Shown here: in pieces, positions 1-9,291 of the stretch
How the letters are laid out: each line of letters opens with the position of its first letter
Numbering within the stretch: the first letter of the stretch is position 1
DNA from: an uncultured virus (IMG/VR IMGVR_UViG_3300042564_004560)
Lineage: Duplodnaviria; Heunggongvirae; Uroviricota; Caudoviricetes
Direction: 5' to 3' (one strand)
Length of the DNA: 56,615 bases
IMG/VR virus record: IMGVR_UViG_3300042564_004560
Translations under genes and position numbers: made by a program
Notes under the pieces: generated by a model
What the model saw: only the letters and a program-made list of their open reading frames with translations
What the model was told of the DNA's origin: nothing
Databases searched by the model: none

Positions 1-19
1 TCTCTTCTATTTTTTTCAT
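1..19 (-). CDS. Possible 5' end of a gene running off the window (MKKIEE...)
   Basis: Minus-strand ATG at 19-17, open to the window edge, with TATTTATA on the same strand at 41-48. Only 6 codons are visible. Confidence 0.35.
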
Positions 20-61
20 ATAATTAGATTATTCATTACATATAAATAATCCAGTTTTTAT

Positions 62-1816
62 TTAATTACGCATTTGGTTAATTCGTTTCAAAATTTCTTC
101 GGCAGCATCTGCGGTATTTTGATTATCACCCATCACAGTTGCAATGACTTGTTTCTTGTTATTGAGTATGTCATAGATAATTCCTTCAATTGTATTTTCA
201 AATATTGGGTAATAAACTAATACATTATTTTTTTGACCGTATCTATAACTTCTATCTTCAGCTTGAGCGTGGTCTGAAGGAAGAAACGATAAATCATTAA
301 AGATTACCGCTTCGGCGGCGGTTAATGTAATACCAACACCAGCAGCTTTAATATTACCCACAAATACTTTTATTTTATCATTCTCTTGGAATTGGTCAAC
401 ACTATATTGTTTTTCTGTTTTAGACATTGTCCCATTAAGTTTAACAGCCATTTTTCCAAAATGTTCTGTTATTTTTTCTAATGAATCAGTAAAATTACAG
501 AAGATAATAACTTTTTTACCTTGTTCAATAATGTTCTCGGCAAGTTCTATTGTTTGGGTGATTTTTTCATCAGCAATAACTTGTCGTATTTTTGTTAATT
601 TAGTAAATTGAACCGTAAGTGATTTTGACTCTTCGGGGTTTTTATCATACCAATCATAATACTCACCCATAATTGCTTCATACATTTTAGATTTTAACCT
701 AAGATATACAGGTGTGATAATTTTGTCGGGAAGGTTAAGGACATTTTCTTTGAGTCGTCTTAATGTAAGACCCGCAGTTCGGTCTCTTAATTCTTCAAGA
801 TTGGATGCTCCTGTTACATTCCATATTTTTCTACCGCCAGCATTAAATTGATAACCTTGACAATATCTAATAGCGTATGCCATCCAATTCTTTGCAACGG
901 GGGAATCAACTAAACTTAATAGATTAAAATAATCCATTGGTCTTGATGTCATTGGGGTACCTGTTAATAACCAAAGTCGGTCTACTTTTTTAACAAGGTC
1001 ATTGATTAATTTTGTTCTTTGGGCGGTGGCGTTTTTAATGTAGTGGGCTTCATCAACAATTACTAAATCAAAATTAGAATCAAGAATTTGGGAGTTTTCT
1101 TTCTTTTTTGTGGTGTGAAAGTTTTTAATAATATCGTAATTAATAATGACAAAATCCGCATCACCATTAAAATTTTTACCTTCTGAGATGTAGATAGATT
1201 TATCTGAATAATTTTCTATCTCTCTTTTCCAGTTAATCTTTAAAGTTGCGGGACAAATAATTAAAACTTTTTTAGAACCTGATTCTAATGCGGCAATGAT
1301 TGTTGAGGTTGTTTTACCCAATCCCATATCATCGGCAAGAATAAACTTTTTGTTTTCTACTAATTTTTGGATTGATTCTTTTTGATGGTCAAGTGGTGGA
1401 CGGTGAGAATATTTGTCGTAATTTATAACAACATTTTTTACCGTATTATCTTTAATGATTGCCGCTTTTGGTAACCAAAAATCATGAAATTCTTGTGTCT
1501 CTGTTATTCTACCCCAAATGTGAAACGCTTTTTCTTTGTCTGCCAATAACTTTTCAACCCACACCCTTTCAGGTATTTCAGTCATAAGTTTATCATCCGC
1601 CAATTTTTGTGCAAAATAGGCATCAAGTATTACCCATTTTTTTGCAACCTTTGGTTGTTTGTCATGGTTATTAATTATGTATTCTGCCTGACTTCTTGTT
1701 GGATAAAATCTTCTATTTATTTGAGATTTTCTTTTAAGTTCAATAAGATAATTATTTCCCCCTTCGTAAGTCTCCAATAAGGTCATCGCCTTAGACTCTA
1801 AACTTGCTTCACTCAT
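62..1816 (-). CDS. SNF2/SWI2-family helicase/ATPase (SMARCAL1/HARP-like)
   Basis: ILADDMGLGKT (Walker A), VLIICPATLKINW, VDEAHYIKN (DExH), LLTGTP, and a helicase C-terminal domain (GVGITLTAA, QAEDRSYRYGQ). Confidence 0.93.
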   Translation of the reverse strand: MSEASLESKAMTLLETYEGGNNYLIELKRKSQINRRFYPTRSQAEYIINNHDKQPKVAKKWVILDAYFAQKLADDKLMTEIPERVWVEKLLADKEKAFHIWGRITETQEFHDFWLPKAAIIKDNTVKNVVINYDKYSHRPPLDHQKESIQKLVENKKFILADDMGLGKTTSTIIAALESGSKKVLIICPATLKINWKREIENYSDKSIYISEGKNFNGDADFVIINYDIIKNFHTTKKKENSQILDSNFDLVIVDEAHYIKNATAQRTKLINDLVKKVDRLWLLTGTPMTSRPMDYFNLLSLVDSPVAKNWMAYAIRYCQGYQFNAGGRKIWNVTGASNLEELRDRTAGLTLRRLKENVLNLPDKIITPVYLRLKSKMYEAIMGEYYDWYDKNPEESKSLTVQFTKLTKIRQVIADEKITQTIELAENIIEQGKKVIIFCNFTDSLEKITEHFGKMAVKLNGTMSKTEKQYSVDQFQENDKIKVFVGNIKAAGVGITLTAAEAVIFNDLSFLPSDHAQAEDRSYRYGQKNNVLVYYPIFENTIEGIIYDILNNKKQVIATVMGDNQNTADAAEEILKRINQMRN

Positions 1817-2209
1817 TTAAGTAACATTAGTATGTGTCCTACCGTCGCTCCAATAACTCATATCACCATAATATGTGAAAATTTCTTCGTTAGGATTTAT
1901 TTCTTTTATTGCGTAAAATTCAAAAGTGTTGTTTTCCAAATTTGACCTCCAACTTGAATTTGGGTTATCACTATGATTATACAACATTCCATAACCTGTA
2001 GGTATAACTTGTGATGTCCAATCATTTCCTTGAGGCCAATTATATCGGTAATCAATTAATATGTGACTAACTTCTTTATTCAACCCCATATCAATTACAG
2101 GACATATTTCAATGATTTCTCCTTCGTAAATTATTTCATTTGCGAATACTCCTAACCCATGTATTGTGCTATGAGCGATGTAAATTTTATGTGGTGTTGG
2201 TATTTTCAT
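1817..2209 (-). CDS. SET-domain protein (putative protein-lysine methyltransferase)
   Basis: SET motifs HGLGVFA, YNHSDNPN and FYAIKEINPNEEIFTYYG..YW in a minimal 130-aa single domain. Confidence 0.9.
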   Translation of the reverse strand: MKIPTPHKIYIAHSTIHGLGVFANEIIYEGEIIEICPVIDMGLNKEVSHILIDYRYNWPQGNDWTSQVIPTGYGMLYNHSDNPNSSWRSNLENNTFEFYAIKEINPNEEIFTYYGDMSYWSDGRTHTNVT

Positions 2210-2242
2210 AAAAGATTACCTTAAATATAAGTAATTATAATG

Positions 2243-2249
2243 TATTTAT
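2243..2249 (+). promoter_or_regulatory. TATTTAT motif (putative phage late promoter)
   Basis: One of about 13 copies found just upstream of gene starts; ATG at 2256. Confidence 0.55.
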
Positions 2250-2255
2250 CAATAT

Positions 2256-2576
2256 ATGAGTATGAATCAAAAACAATTAGAAAAGTTGATAGGTAAAATG
2301 ATGAATGTCATTAAACCTAATGGTGTATCTGATATGGGTTTTAATTTAGAACCAATGGAAACTTATGAGGATGAATACTACATGAGGGTCACATATATTG
2401 TCCCTGATGGAAGTGAATTTTTAAGAAGAGACAACATGAAAAAAACTGATGTTTATAGAGACCAATGGAATCGTGAAATTAAAAATACCATTAAAAATTA
2501 TTTTAATGTTAATGTTGTTATTAGTTCATCGTCTATTGAATCTGAATCATATCATAATAGATTAAAACAACATTAA
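2256..2576 (+). CDS. Hypothetical protein
   Basis: 106-aa ORF downstream of the TATTTAT motif and tightly packed with the next gene. Confidence 0.75.
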   Translation: MSMNQKQLEKLIGKMMNVIKPNGVSDMGFNLEPMETYEDEYYMRVTYIVPDGSEFLRRDNMKKTDVYRDQWNREIKNTIKNYFNVNVVISSSSIESESYHNRLKQH

Positions 2577-2577
2577 T

Positions 2578-3090
2578 ATGCAGAAATTAGTTCCAATAAC
2601 AAGATTAGGTAAATTCTTCGGAGGAGAAGATTACACCCTAGACATAGGTATGGGTGAAGAATGGTTATTGGGTGATATGAACTTCACAGTAGTTCTTTAT
2701 CGTGTTGATAAATATAAGACAAAAACTGACGATGTCTACGGTGAGGTAACCGAAGATGGAATACAATTTATGGTACCTATTGAGTTAAAAGGTTTGGTTC
2801 AGGTAATGGCCCCTGCCCATAAATTTTTAGGTAATTCTAAAGTGGAACAACAAGAACCTGGTAATATGAAGTTTTCTATTTATCAAAAAACTTTAGATGA
2901 GTTAGGTGTTGAAATATTCCTAGGGGATTATATTGGATATAATGAAACTGAAGATAGAATTAGATATTATGTGGTGAGTGATGATGGATATGTTAAGTCA
3001 GACAATAAACATACTTATGGTGGTTATAAACCATTTTATAGAAGTATTATGGCCACTTACGTAAGTGAAAACGAATTTAGAGGGATATAA
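2578..3090 (+). CDS. Putative neck/head-closure protein
   Basis: 170 aa with a DDVYGE motif and predicted beta-rich sequence, upstream of the tail terminator and sheath genes. Product inferred from size and synteny. Confidence 0.5.
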   Translation: MQKLVPITRLGKFFGGEDYTLDIGMGEEWLLGDMNFTVVLYRVDKYKTKTDDVYGEVTEDGIQFMVPIELKGLVQVMAPAHKFLGNSKVEQQEPGNMKFSIYQKTLDELGVEIFLGDYIGYNETEDRIRYYVVSDDGYVKSDNKHTYGGYKPFYRSIMATYVSENEFRGI

Positions 3091-3395
3091 TGAAATACAT
3101 AATAACTGAAAATAGGTTAAATTCGATTATTGAAAATTGGTTAAATGAAAACTATAGTGATTTAGAAAGATATCATCGTACTGAATTTAGGGAAATTTAT
3201 TTATCTAAAAATGGAAGGTTTAAATTCATGTATAATTTAAGAACAAAACGATTATATGTTGTTAATGAAGTTTGGAGTTTTATTACAAATATGTTTGGTT
3301 TAGATTATGACGAGACGGAAAAAATTCTATTAAATTGGTGTAGTAATAAATTTGGGTTTAGGATAAAAAACCTTGTTAAGGTAGATGAAATATGA
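3090..3395 (+). CDS. Hypothetical protein with MKYIITE N-terminal motif
   Basis: 101-aa ORF whose start and stop overlap its neighbours. Confidence 0.75.
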   Translation: MKYIITENRLNSIIENWLNENYSDLERYHRTEFREIYLSKNGRFKFMYNLRTKRLYVVNEVWSFITNMFGLDYDETEKILLNWCSNKFGFRIKNLVKVDEI

Positions 3396-3805
3396 AAATA
3401 TTAGTAACCGAATCTCAATTTGATTCCATCTTTATAGGTAAAAAAGTTATGGTGTATTATAATTTACACAAACATACTTTTTCAGTTACATACGATAGTA
3501 AGGTAATATTACATTCAGACTATGTTAAGTTAGGGGATGTTGAATTTAGAGTTAGACCTGGTGGTAAGGATAGGGTTAGAAAAGAAAAAAGTAAAAATGT
3601 TCATGCTTTTGTTATTGGTACATTACTTGATTATTGTGAGTATCCATGTGATGATATTCCAAATCCACCATCAGATATGATTGTCACCTATGACCCATAC
3701 AAGTTTAACACATTTGTGTATAAAAATACTGAAGAACCTGTATATCAAGCAAAAGAAGTTGACATGATAAATTCAAAAAATAAACTATTTGTAGTTAAAA
3801 AATAA
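3392..3805 (+). CDS. Phage hypothetical protein with MKILVTESQ N-terminus
   Basis: 137 aa. The motifs VYYNLHK..FSV and RVRKEKSKNVHAFV resemble a phage family I recall as being of unknown function. Confidence 0.8.
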   Translation: MKILVTESQFDSIFIGKKVMVYYNLHKHTFSVTYDSKVILHSDYVKLGDVEFRVRPGGKDRVRKEKSKNVHAFVIGTLLDYCEYPCDDIPNPPSDMIVTYDPYKFNTFVYKNTEEPVYQAKEVDMINSKNKLFVVKK

Positions 3806-3806
3806 T

Positions 3807-4847
3807 ATGCCATTACCAAAAAAAGTTATACCAACACTACCATTAGTCCCTAAAAAGACATTGTCTGCTCGTAGAGAACAATTGTTAGAATATATTAATG
3901 AAGATGGAACTTATTTACCTAAGTCAGTTTTACATGCAGATTTAGATAGAGGAATGTTAGATTTTGTTAAAGATGATTTACAAGTTATCACAGCAGGAAA
4001 AATTGTACCAATGGTGGATATCATTATTACAACTCAGAATTGGAGTCAATATGTTGAGACAGCATTATTTGTTGATTTAGATTATAACCCTTCACCACCT
4101 TTCATTACCGTAGTTAGAAGTCCTGAAGTAAAATTTGGAACTAATCCCGCACTTCAATATACAATCCCAAATAGAAAACAATTCTATTACGCCTCAGTAC
4201 CAACTTGGAATGGTAATGAACAAGGTATGGACATTTACACAATACCACAACCTGTTCCTGTTGATATTAATTATAGTGTGAAAATTATTTGTAACCGAAT
4301 GAGAGAGTTAAACGAACTCAACAAAGTTATAATGCAAAAGTTTTCATCAAGACAGGCTTATACATTTATAAAAGGTCAATATGTTCCAATCATACTAAAT
4401 AATATTTCTGATGAATCTCAAATGAGTATTGAATCAAGAAAATATTATGTTCAAAATTATGATTTTACTATGTTAGGTTATTTAATTGACGAAGATGAAT
4501 TTGAAGTTAAACCGGCAATTGCGAGAGTTGCTTTATTAACAGAACTTGAAACTTCATCGTTTGGTAAGAGAAGAAAAAAATCTCCTGAAAACCCTGATGA
4601 ATTTTTATCTAATTTTTATTATATGGTAGGTAATGATACTTTAAGTGATGTTGTTGCTTACACTGCAAATTTAACTTGGGCAAATTCAACTAATGTAAAT
4701 TCTTATGATGTTTATATTAATGGAGACTATTATGGGACTGATGTACAAAAAATTCAAATAACTACTAACGATATATTATCAATCACCGTAGTGAAACAAA
4801 ATAACTTATTAGAATCAAACATTAAGTTTGATAATATCTTAGTTTAA
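3807..4847 (+). CDS. Putative tail terminator / sheath stabiliser (T4 gp15-like)
   Basis: PQPVPVDINYSVKI...NELN segment typical of tail completion proteins; lies immediately before the sheath gene. Confidence 0.6.
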   Translation: MPLPKKVIPTLPLVPKKTLSARREQLLEYINEDGTYLPKSVLHADLDRGMLDFVKDDLQVITAGKIVPMVDIIITTQNWSQYVETALFVDLDYNPSPPFITVVRSPEVKFGTNPALQYTIPNRKQFYYASVPTWNGNEQGMDIYTIPQPVPVDINYSVKIICNRMRELNELNKVIMQKFSSRQAYTFIKGQYVPIILNNISDESQMSIESRKYYVQNYDFTMLGYLIDEDEFEVKPAIARVALLTELETSSFGKRRKKSPENPDEFLSNFYYMVGNDTLSDVVAYTANLTWANSTNVNSYDVYINGDYYGTDVQKIQITTNDILSITVVKQNNLLESNIKFDNILV

Positions 4848-4996
4848 TCTTCCCCGTAGATATCTTTTTTCTCTTTACAGGTCTCAACGATTAAATTTTC
4901 TAAAAATTTATAAATCTTAAACCCTCGTTTATCACAATACTTTTTTAGTATTTCGTGGACTTTAGGGTCTATTTTAATGTTCTTGATTTCTTTCAT
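4844..4996 (-). CDS. Small ribbon-helix-helix-like DNA-binding protein (50 aa, absent from the ORF track)
   Basis: Manual translation: MKEIKNIKIDPKVHEILKKYCDKRGFKIYKFLENLIVETCKEKKDIYGED*. Pattern is an alternating beta strand (KNIKI), helix, G turn, helix. Its stop overlaps the stop of the convergent gene. Confidence 0.7.
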   Translation of the reverse strand: MKEIKNIKIDPKVHEILKKYCDKRGFKIYKFLENLIVETCKEKKDIYGED

Positions 4997-5084
4997 AGTT
5001 TTTGTGGTGAGAAAAAAGGTAGAATTTATTCCTACTGTTTACTAATACATATTCAAAAGTCAAGTTTTTTGTGTTAGTATCTAA

Positions 5085-5091
5085 TATTTAT
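5085..5091 (+). promoter_or_regulatory. TATTTAT motif upstream of tail sheath
   Basis: Recurrent motif; ATG at 5127. Confidence 0.55.
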
Positions 5092-5126
5092 CAATAAAAT
5101 AAATCTGCAATAGAATTAATTAAATA

Positions 5127-8100
5127 ATGGCAACAGCACAAGCAAATCAAAAAGTTTTTGTATCACCTGGAGTTTACACATCAGAAACGGACTTATCGTT
5201 CGTAGCACAAAGTGTAGGTGTTACTACCTTAGGTTTAGTAGGGGAAACAATAAAAGGACCTGCATTCGAACCTGTATTTATAACTAACTACGACGAGTTC
5301 CAAGCATATTTTGGAGGAACTGAACCTGTAAAATTTGTAAACACACAAATACCAAAATATGAAGCGGCGTATATCGCCAAATCATACTTACAACAATCTA
5401 ACCAATTGTTTGTAACAAGAATATTAGGATTATCAGGATATGACGCTGGTCCATCTTGGAGTATTAGAGTTACTGCCAATGTTGACCCGTTAACGATTGG
5501 TATAATTTCACCAACAGGAGGAACCGCTTTTTCGGCAACATTCACAGGATATTCTTCAGGAAGTACAATTCAATTTATTGGGGGAGCATTACCAACTCAA
5601 GTAAGTAATAACTATAATACTCTTTACAGATTATCTGATGGTAGTACTTCAACATATGGTGAAGATTTCAATAGTAATTTAAGTTTTATTATTGATAATA
5701 ATTCTTATTCCGCAACAACCGTTGCTATGTATGGTGCAATTCCTTCAGACCAATATTGGAGTCTTGTTAGTCAATATTCAAATCAATTAAATGTTTTTGG
5801 TTCAGACACAAATAATTTAGATACTAACGATTTAAGTTCAGACTCAAATGACCCATGGTATTACGCAGCGTTTACTAATGATGCAAATGTAAATAACGAT
5901 TATGCTGGTTATTCATTTTATTATGATGTATCATCATTAAGTACTAGTGATGGTGGTATCACTTATACAGGAACTATTACAGGAGAGTCATATAATTTTT
6001 CAGGAACTGCTTATAGTGAATATAATAATATGGTTGTTGGAACTTTGCGTTCAAGAGGTATTTCATTATATTCTAACAATGCAGACCTTGACCAACATGG
6101 ACCTGTATATGAAGTGACAGGACTTACTGATGTTACTTTAATTAGTACTGGACAATATTCAGGAATCACTAATTCACCATATGAAGGGTTTTTACTTTCA
6201 GGTATAACTAATGATAGTAATACGTTTTCTTTTGAAACTTCATTATCAGCGGCATCATCTAAATTTATTACTAAAGTTTTAGGCACAGATAATTTTGGTA
6301 AATCAAGATATGAAGTACCAATCTTTGTTGAAGAGTTATATCCAAGTTCTTTGAGTTATGCTTATAACCAAGGATATATTAAAGGTATTAATCCTCAATT
6401 AGTTGCTCTTGAAGATGCAAGAAGTGAAAACACACAATCAATCGCGTATAAAGTTGAAAAATACCAATCACCTGAAACACCATTTTTGGTTTCTGAGTTA
6501 AGAGGTAATCAAGTTTATAAATTATTTAAATTTATCTCAATCTCTGATGGAGACGCAGCGAATGTTGAGGTAAAAATTTCAATAGCTAACTTATCGTTTA
6601 ATAACATGACATTTGATGTACTTGTTAGAAACTTCTTTGATACTGATGCAAATCCTGTTGTTATTGAGAAATTCACTAATTGTAATATGGACGCAGGTTC
6701 TAACAATTTCGTAGCGAAAAAAATTGGTAGTGCAAATGGGGAATACGCATTAATTTCAAAATTCGTTATGATTGAATTAGCGGAAGAATATCCTATAGAC
6801 GCAATTCCTTGTGGATTCTACGGTTATACTCAGAGAGAATACGAATCAACTGAAAATATTTCACCAGTACCTAAATTCAAAACTAAATATTATTATCCAG
6901 GTGAGGTTGTTTTTAACCCCCCATTTGGAACAACTGCAAATGCAACTGAATCAGCAGGTGATATTGTTAGAAGAACTTACTTAGGATTCTCAAGTCAATT
7001 TGGTATTGATGAAGCATTTTTATCTTATAAAGGTAAACAAAACCCACCAAACTGGGTTAGTTCAGCATTACCTATCGCAGGTCAAGCGTGGAATTACTTA
7101 AGTAGAGGTTTCCACATGGACTCAGGAGCAACTGTTGTTACAATTGCAAACTCATACCAAACAAGTGGGGCGACTGCTTTTGAATGTGGTGTAGCTGATT
7201 TTAGATTTGACCCTGAAACTCAAGAAAACCCATACTACTTCATTTACTCAAGAAAATATACATTATGTTTTGCGGGAGGATTTGATGGTTGGGATGTTTA
7301 TAGAGAATTTAGAACTAACCAAGATAGATTCCAATTAGGAGCATCAGGTTACTTGGCAGGAGCATCGTCTTCTACAAGATACCCAACAGCAACAGGTCAA
7401 GGTTTATTTAAACGAATTGTGGTAAGTAATAACACACAAGATTTTGCAAACACTGATTATTATGCATACTTACTTGGTATCTTAACATTCTCAAATCCTG
7501 AGGCAACAAATATTAACATATTTGCAACTTCAAGTATTGATTATGTTAACAACTCAAACCTTGTTGAAGAAACTATTGATATGGTACAATATTCAAGAGC
7601 TGACTCTGTGTATATCGCAACAACTCCTGATTACTTAATGTACACTCCAGATGGAACTAACTCTTTAGATATCATCTACTCACAAGAAGCGGTTGATAAC
7701 TTAGATAATACAGGAATTGACTCTAACTATACTGCAACTTACTATCCATGGATTTTAGTAAGAGATACTGTGAATAACACACAAATCTATTTACCACCAA
7801 CAGGTGAAGTTGTAAGAAACTTGGCATTAACTGATAACATTGCGTTCCCTTGGTTCGCATCTGCGGGTTACACAAGAGGTCTTGTAAACTCAATCAAAGC
7901 AAGAGTTAAATTGACTCAAGAAGATAGAGACACACTTTACCAAGGTAGAATTAACCCAATTGCTACTTTTGCGGATGTAGGTACTGTAATTTGGGGTAAC
8001 AAAACATTACAAATTGCTGATTCAGCACTTAACAGATTGAACGTAAGAAGATTATTACTTCAAGCTCGTAAGTTGATTTCAGCGGTGGCAGTAAGATTAT

Positions 8101-8342
8101 TGTTTGAACAAAACGACCAAATCGTTAGACAACAATTCTTAGATAGTGTTAACCCAATCTTAGACTCAATTAGAAGAGACAGAGGTTTATATGATTTCCG
8201 TGTAACAGTTTCTTCAACACCTGAAGACTTAGATAGAAATACATTAGTAGGGAAAATCTATTTAAAACCTACGAAGGCGTTAGAGTTCATTGATATTGAA
8301 TTCTTCATTACTCCAACAGGAGCTTCGTTCGAGAATATTTAA
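5127..8342 (+). CDS. Contractile tail sheath protein
   Basis: N-terminal FVSPGVYTSETDLS and GETIKGPAFEP. C-terminal PWFASAGYTRG, LYQGRINPI, IWGNKTLQ, LNVRRLL, IYLKPTKALEFIDIEF. Confidence 0.95.
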   Translation: MATAQANQKVFVSPGVYTSETDLSFVAQSVGVTTLGLVGETIKGPAFEPVFITNYDEFQAYFGGTEPVKFVNTQIPKYEAAYIAKSYLQQSNQLFVTRILGLSGYDAGPSWSIRVTANVDPLTIGIISPTGGTAFSATFTGYSSGSTIQFIGGALPTQVSNNYNTLYRLSDGSTSTYGEDFNSNLSFIIDNNSYSATTVAMYGAIPSDQYWSLVSQYSNQLNVFGSDTNNLDTNDLSSDSNDPWYYAAFTNDANVNNDYAGYSFYYDVSSLSTSDGGITYTGTITGESYNFSGTAYSEYNNMVVGTLRSRGISLYSNNADLDQHGPVYEVTGLTDVTLISTGQYSGITNSPYEGFLLSGITNDSNTFSFETSLSAASSKFITKVLGTDNFGKSRYEVPIFVEELYPSSLSYAYNQGYIKGINPQLVALEDARSENTQSIAYKVEKYQSPETPFLVSELRGNQVYKLFKFISISDGDAANVEVKISIANLSFNNMTFDVLVRNFFDTDANPVVIEKFTNCNMDAGSNNFVAKKIGSANGEYALISKFVMIELAEEYPIDAIPCGFYGYTQREYESTENISPVPKFKTKYYYPGEVVFNPPFGTTANATESAGDIVRRTYLGFSSQFGIDEAFLSYKGKQNPPNWVSSALPIAGQAWNYLSRGFHMDSGATVVTIANSYQTSGATAFECGVADFRFDPETQENPYYFIYSRKYTLCFAGGFDGWDVYREFRTNQDRFQLGASGYLAGASSSTRYPTATGQGLFKRIVVSNNTQDFANTDYYAYLLGILTFSNPEATNINIFATSSIDYVNNSNLVEETIDMVQYSRADSVYIATTPDYLMYTPDGTNSLDIIYSQEAVDNLDNTGIDSNYTATYYPWILVRDTVNNTQIYLPPTGEVVRNLALTDNIAFPWFASAGYTRGLVNSIKARVKLTQEDRDTLYQGRINPIATFADVGTVIWGNKTLQIADSALNRLNVRRLLLQARKLISAVAVRLLFEQNDQIVRQQFLDSVNPILDSIRRDRGLYDFRVTVSSTPEDLDRNTLVGKIYLKPTKALEFIDIEFFITPTGASFENI

Positions 8343-8352
8343 TAAAAAAAAT

Positions 8353-8370
8353 GGGGGGAACAATCCCCCC
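8353..8370. terminator. GC-rich hairpin after the sheath gene (terminator-like)
   Basis: GGGGGGA-ACAA-TCCCCCC preceded by an A-tract, so the U-tract is better on the minus strand; only TT follows on the plus strand. Confidence 0.55.
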
Positions 8371-8378
8371 TTAGCCAA

Positions 8379-9206
8379 ATGAAAAAGAATTTAACAGAAG
8401 GATTTAAAGAAGAAGGTTCCCCAGATATGAAATATTATGCGTTTGATTGGGACGATAATATTGTTCATATGCCAACCAAAATTATGGTTAAAACAGAAGG
8501 GGGTGACGAAGTGGGTATGTCAACTGATGATTTTGCGGAATATAGACATCAATTAGGTAAATCACCATTTCAATATAAAGGTGAGACAATTGTAGGTTAT
8601 GGTGATGAACCATTTAAAAATTTCCAAACTCCGGGGGATAAAGATTTTTTAATTGACGCGATGAGGGCTGAAGAAGGTCCGGCATTTAATGATTTTAAAG
8701 AGGCGATTAATAACGGGTCAATTTTTTCTATAATCACTGCGAGAGGTCATAAACCAAACACTTTAAAACAGGCGGTTTATAACTACATAATAAATGATTA
8801 TAATGGGATTAATAAAGAAGAACTTCTTAAGAATCTTAAAAAATATAGGTCGTTTGCTGGTGAAGATGAGATGAATGATGATGAGTTAATTAAAACTTAT
8901 TTAGATATGTGTAAATTCCATCCTGTATCTTATAATGATGTGGAAGGGGCTGCAAATCCTGAGGAAGCCAAAGTTCGTGCAATGGACAAATTTGTGGAGT
9001 ACATTAGAGAATTATCTTCTAATTTAAATAAAAGAGCATTTTTTAAAGACGATGTTAATAATAATTTTGTCCCATCAAAACCTACTATTGGATTTTCAGA
9101 TGATGATATTAGAAATGTGGAAGTAATGAAAAAACATTTTAAGGATAAGCCTGATAACATTGTTAAAACTTATTCTACTGCAGGAGGAATAAAAAAAGAA
9201 TATTAA
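8379..9206 (+). CDS. HAD-superfamily-like protein (putative phosphatase/nucleotidase)
   Basis: YYAFDWDDNI (DxD motif I), IITARGH (motif II), a conserved K, and IGFSDDD (motif IV). Confidence 0.7.
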   Translation: MKKNLTEGFKEEGSPDMKYYAFDWDDNIVHMPTKIMVKTEGGDEVGMSTDDFAEYRHQLGKSPFQYKGETIVGYGDEPFKNFQTPGDKDFLIDAMRAEEGPAFNDFKEAINNGSIFSIITARGHKPNTLKQAVYNYIINDYNGINKEELLKNLKKYRSFAGEDEMNDDELIKTYLDMCKFHPVSYNDVEGAANPEEAKVRAMDKFVEYIRELSSNLNKRAFFKDDVNNNFVPSKPTIGFSDDDIRNVEVMKKHFKDKPDNIVKTYSTAGGIKKEY

Positions 9207-9281
9207 CTAGTAATAAAAAACTAGTATTAAATAAATAAAGAAAAAAAACTAGTTAAAATAACTAGAATTAAATAAACTAGT
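9205..9281. repeat. Array of five AACTAG(T) motifs in an A-rich spacer
   Basis: CTAG at 9207, 9221, 9249, 9262 and 9277; four of the five are the palindrome ACTAGT. Confidence 0.75.
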
Positions 9282-9291
9282 CTGGAATATA

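Noticed and set aside
62..2209. Eukaryotic giant-virus origin suggested by SET, SNF2 and the RNR type
   Set aside because: The contractile tail and baseplate genes, gp32-like SSB and tightly coupled operons indicate a tailed bacteriophage.
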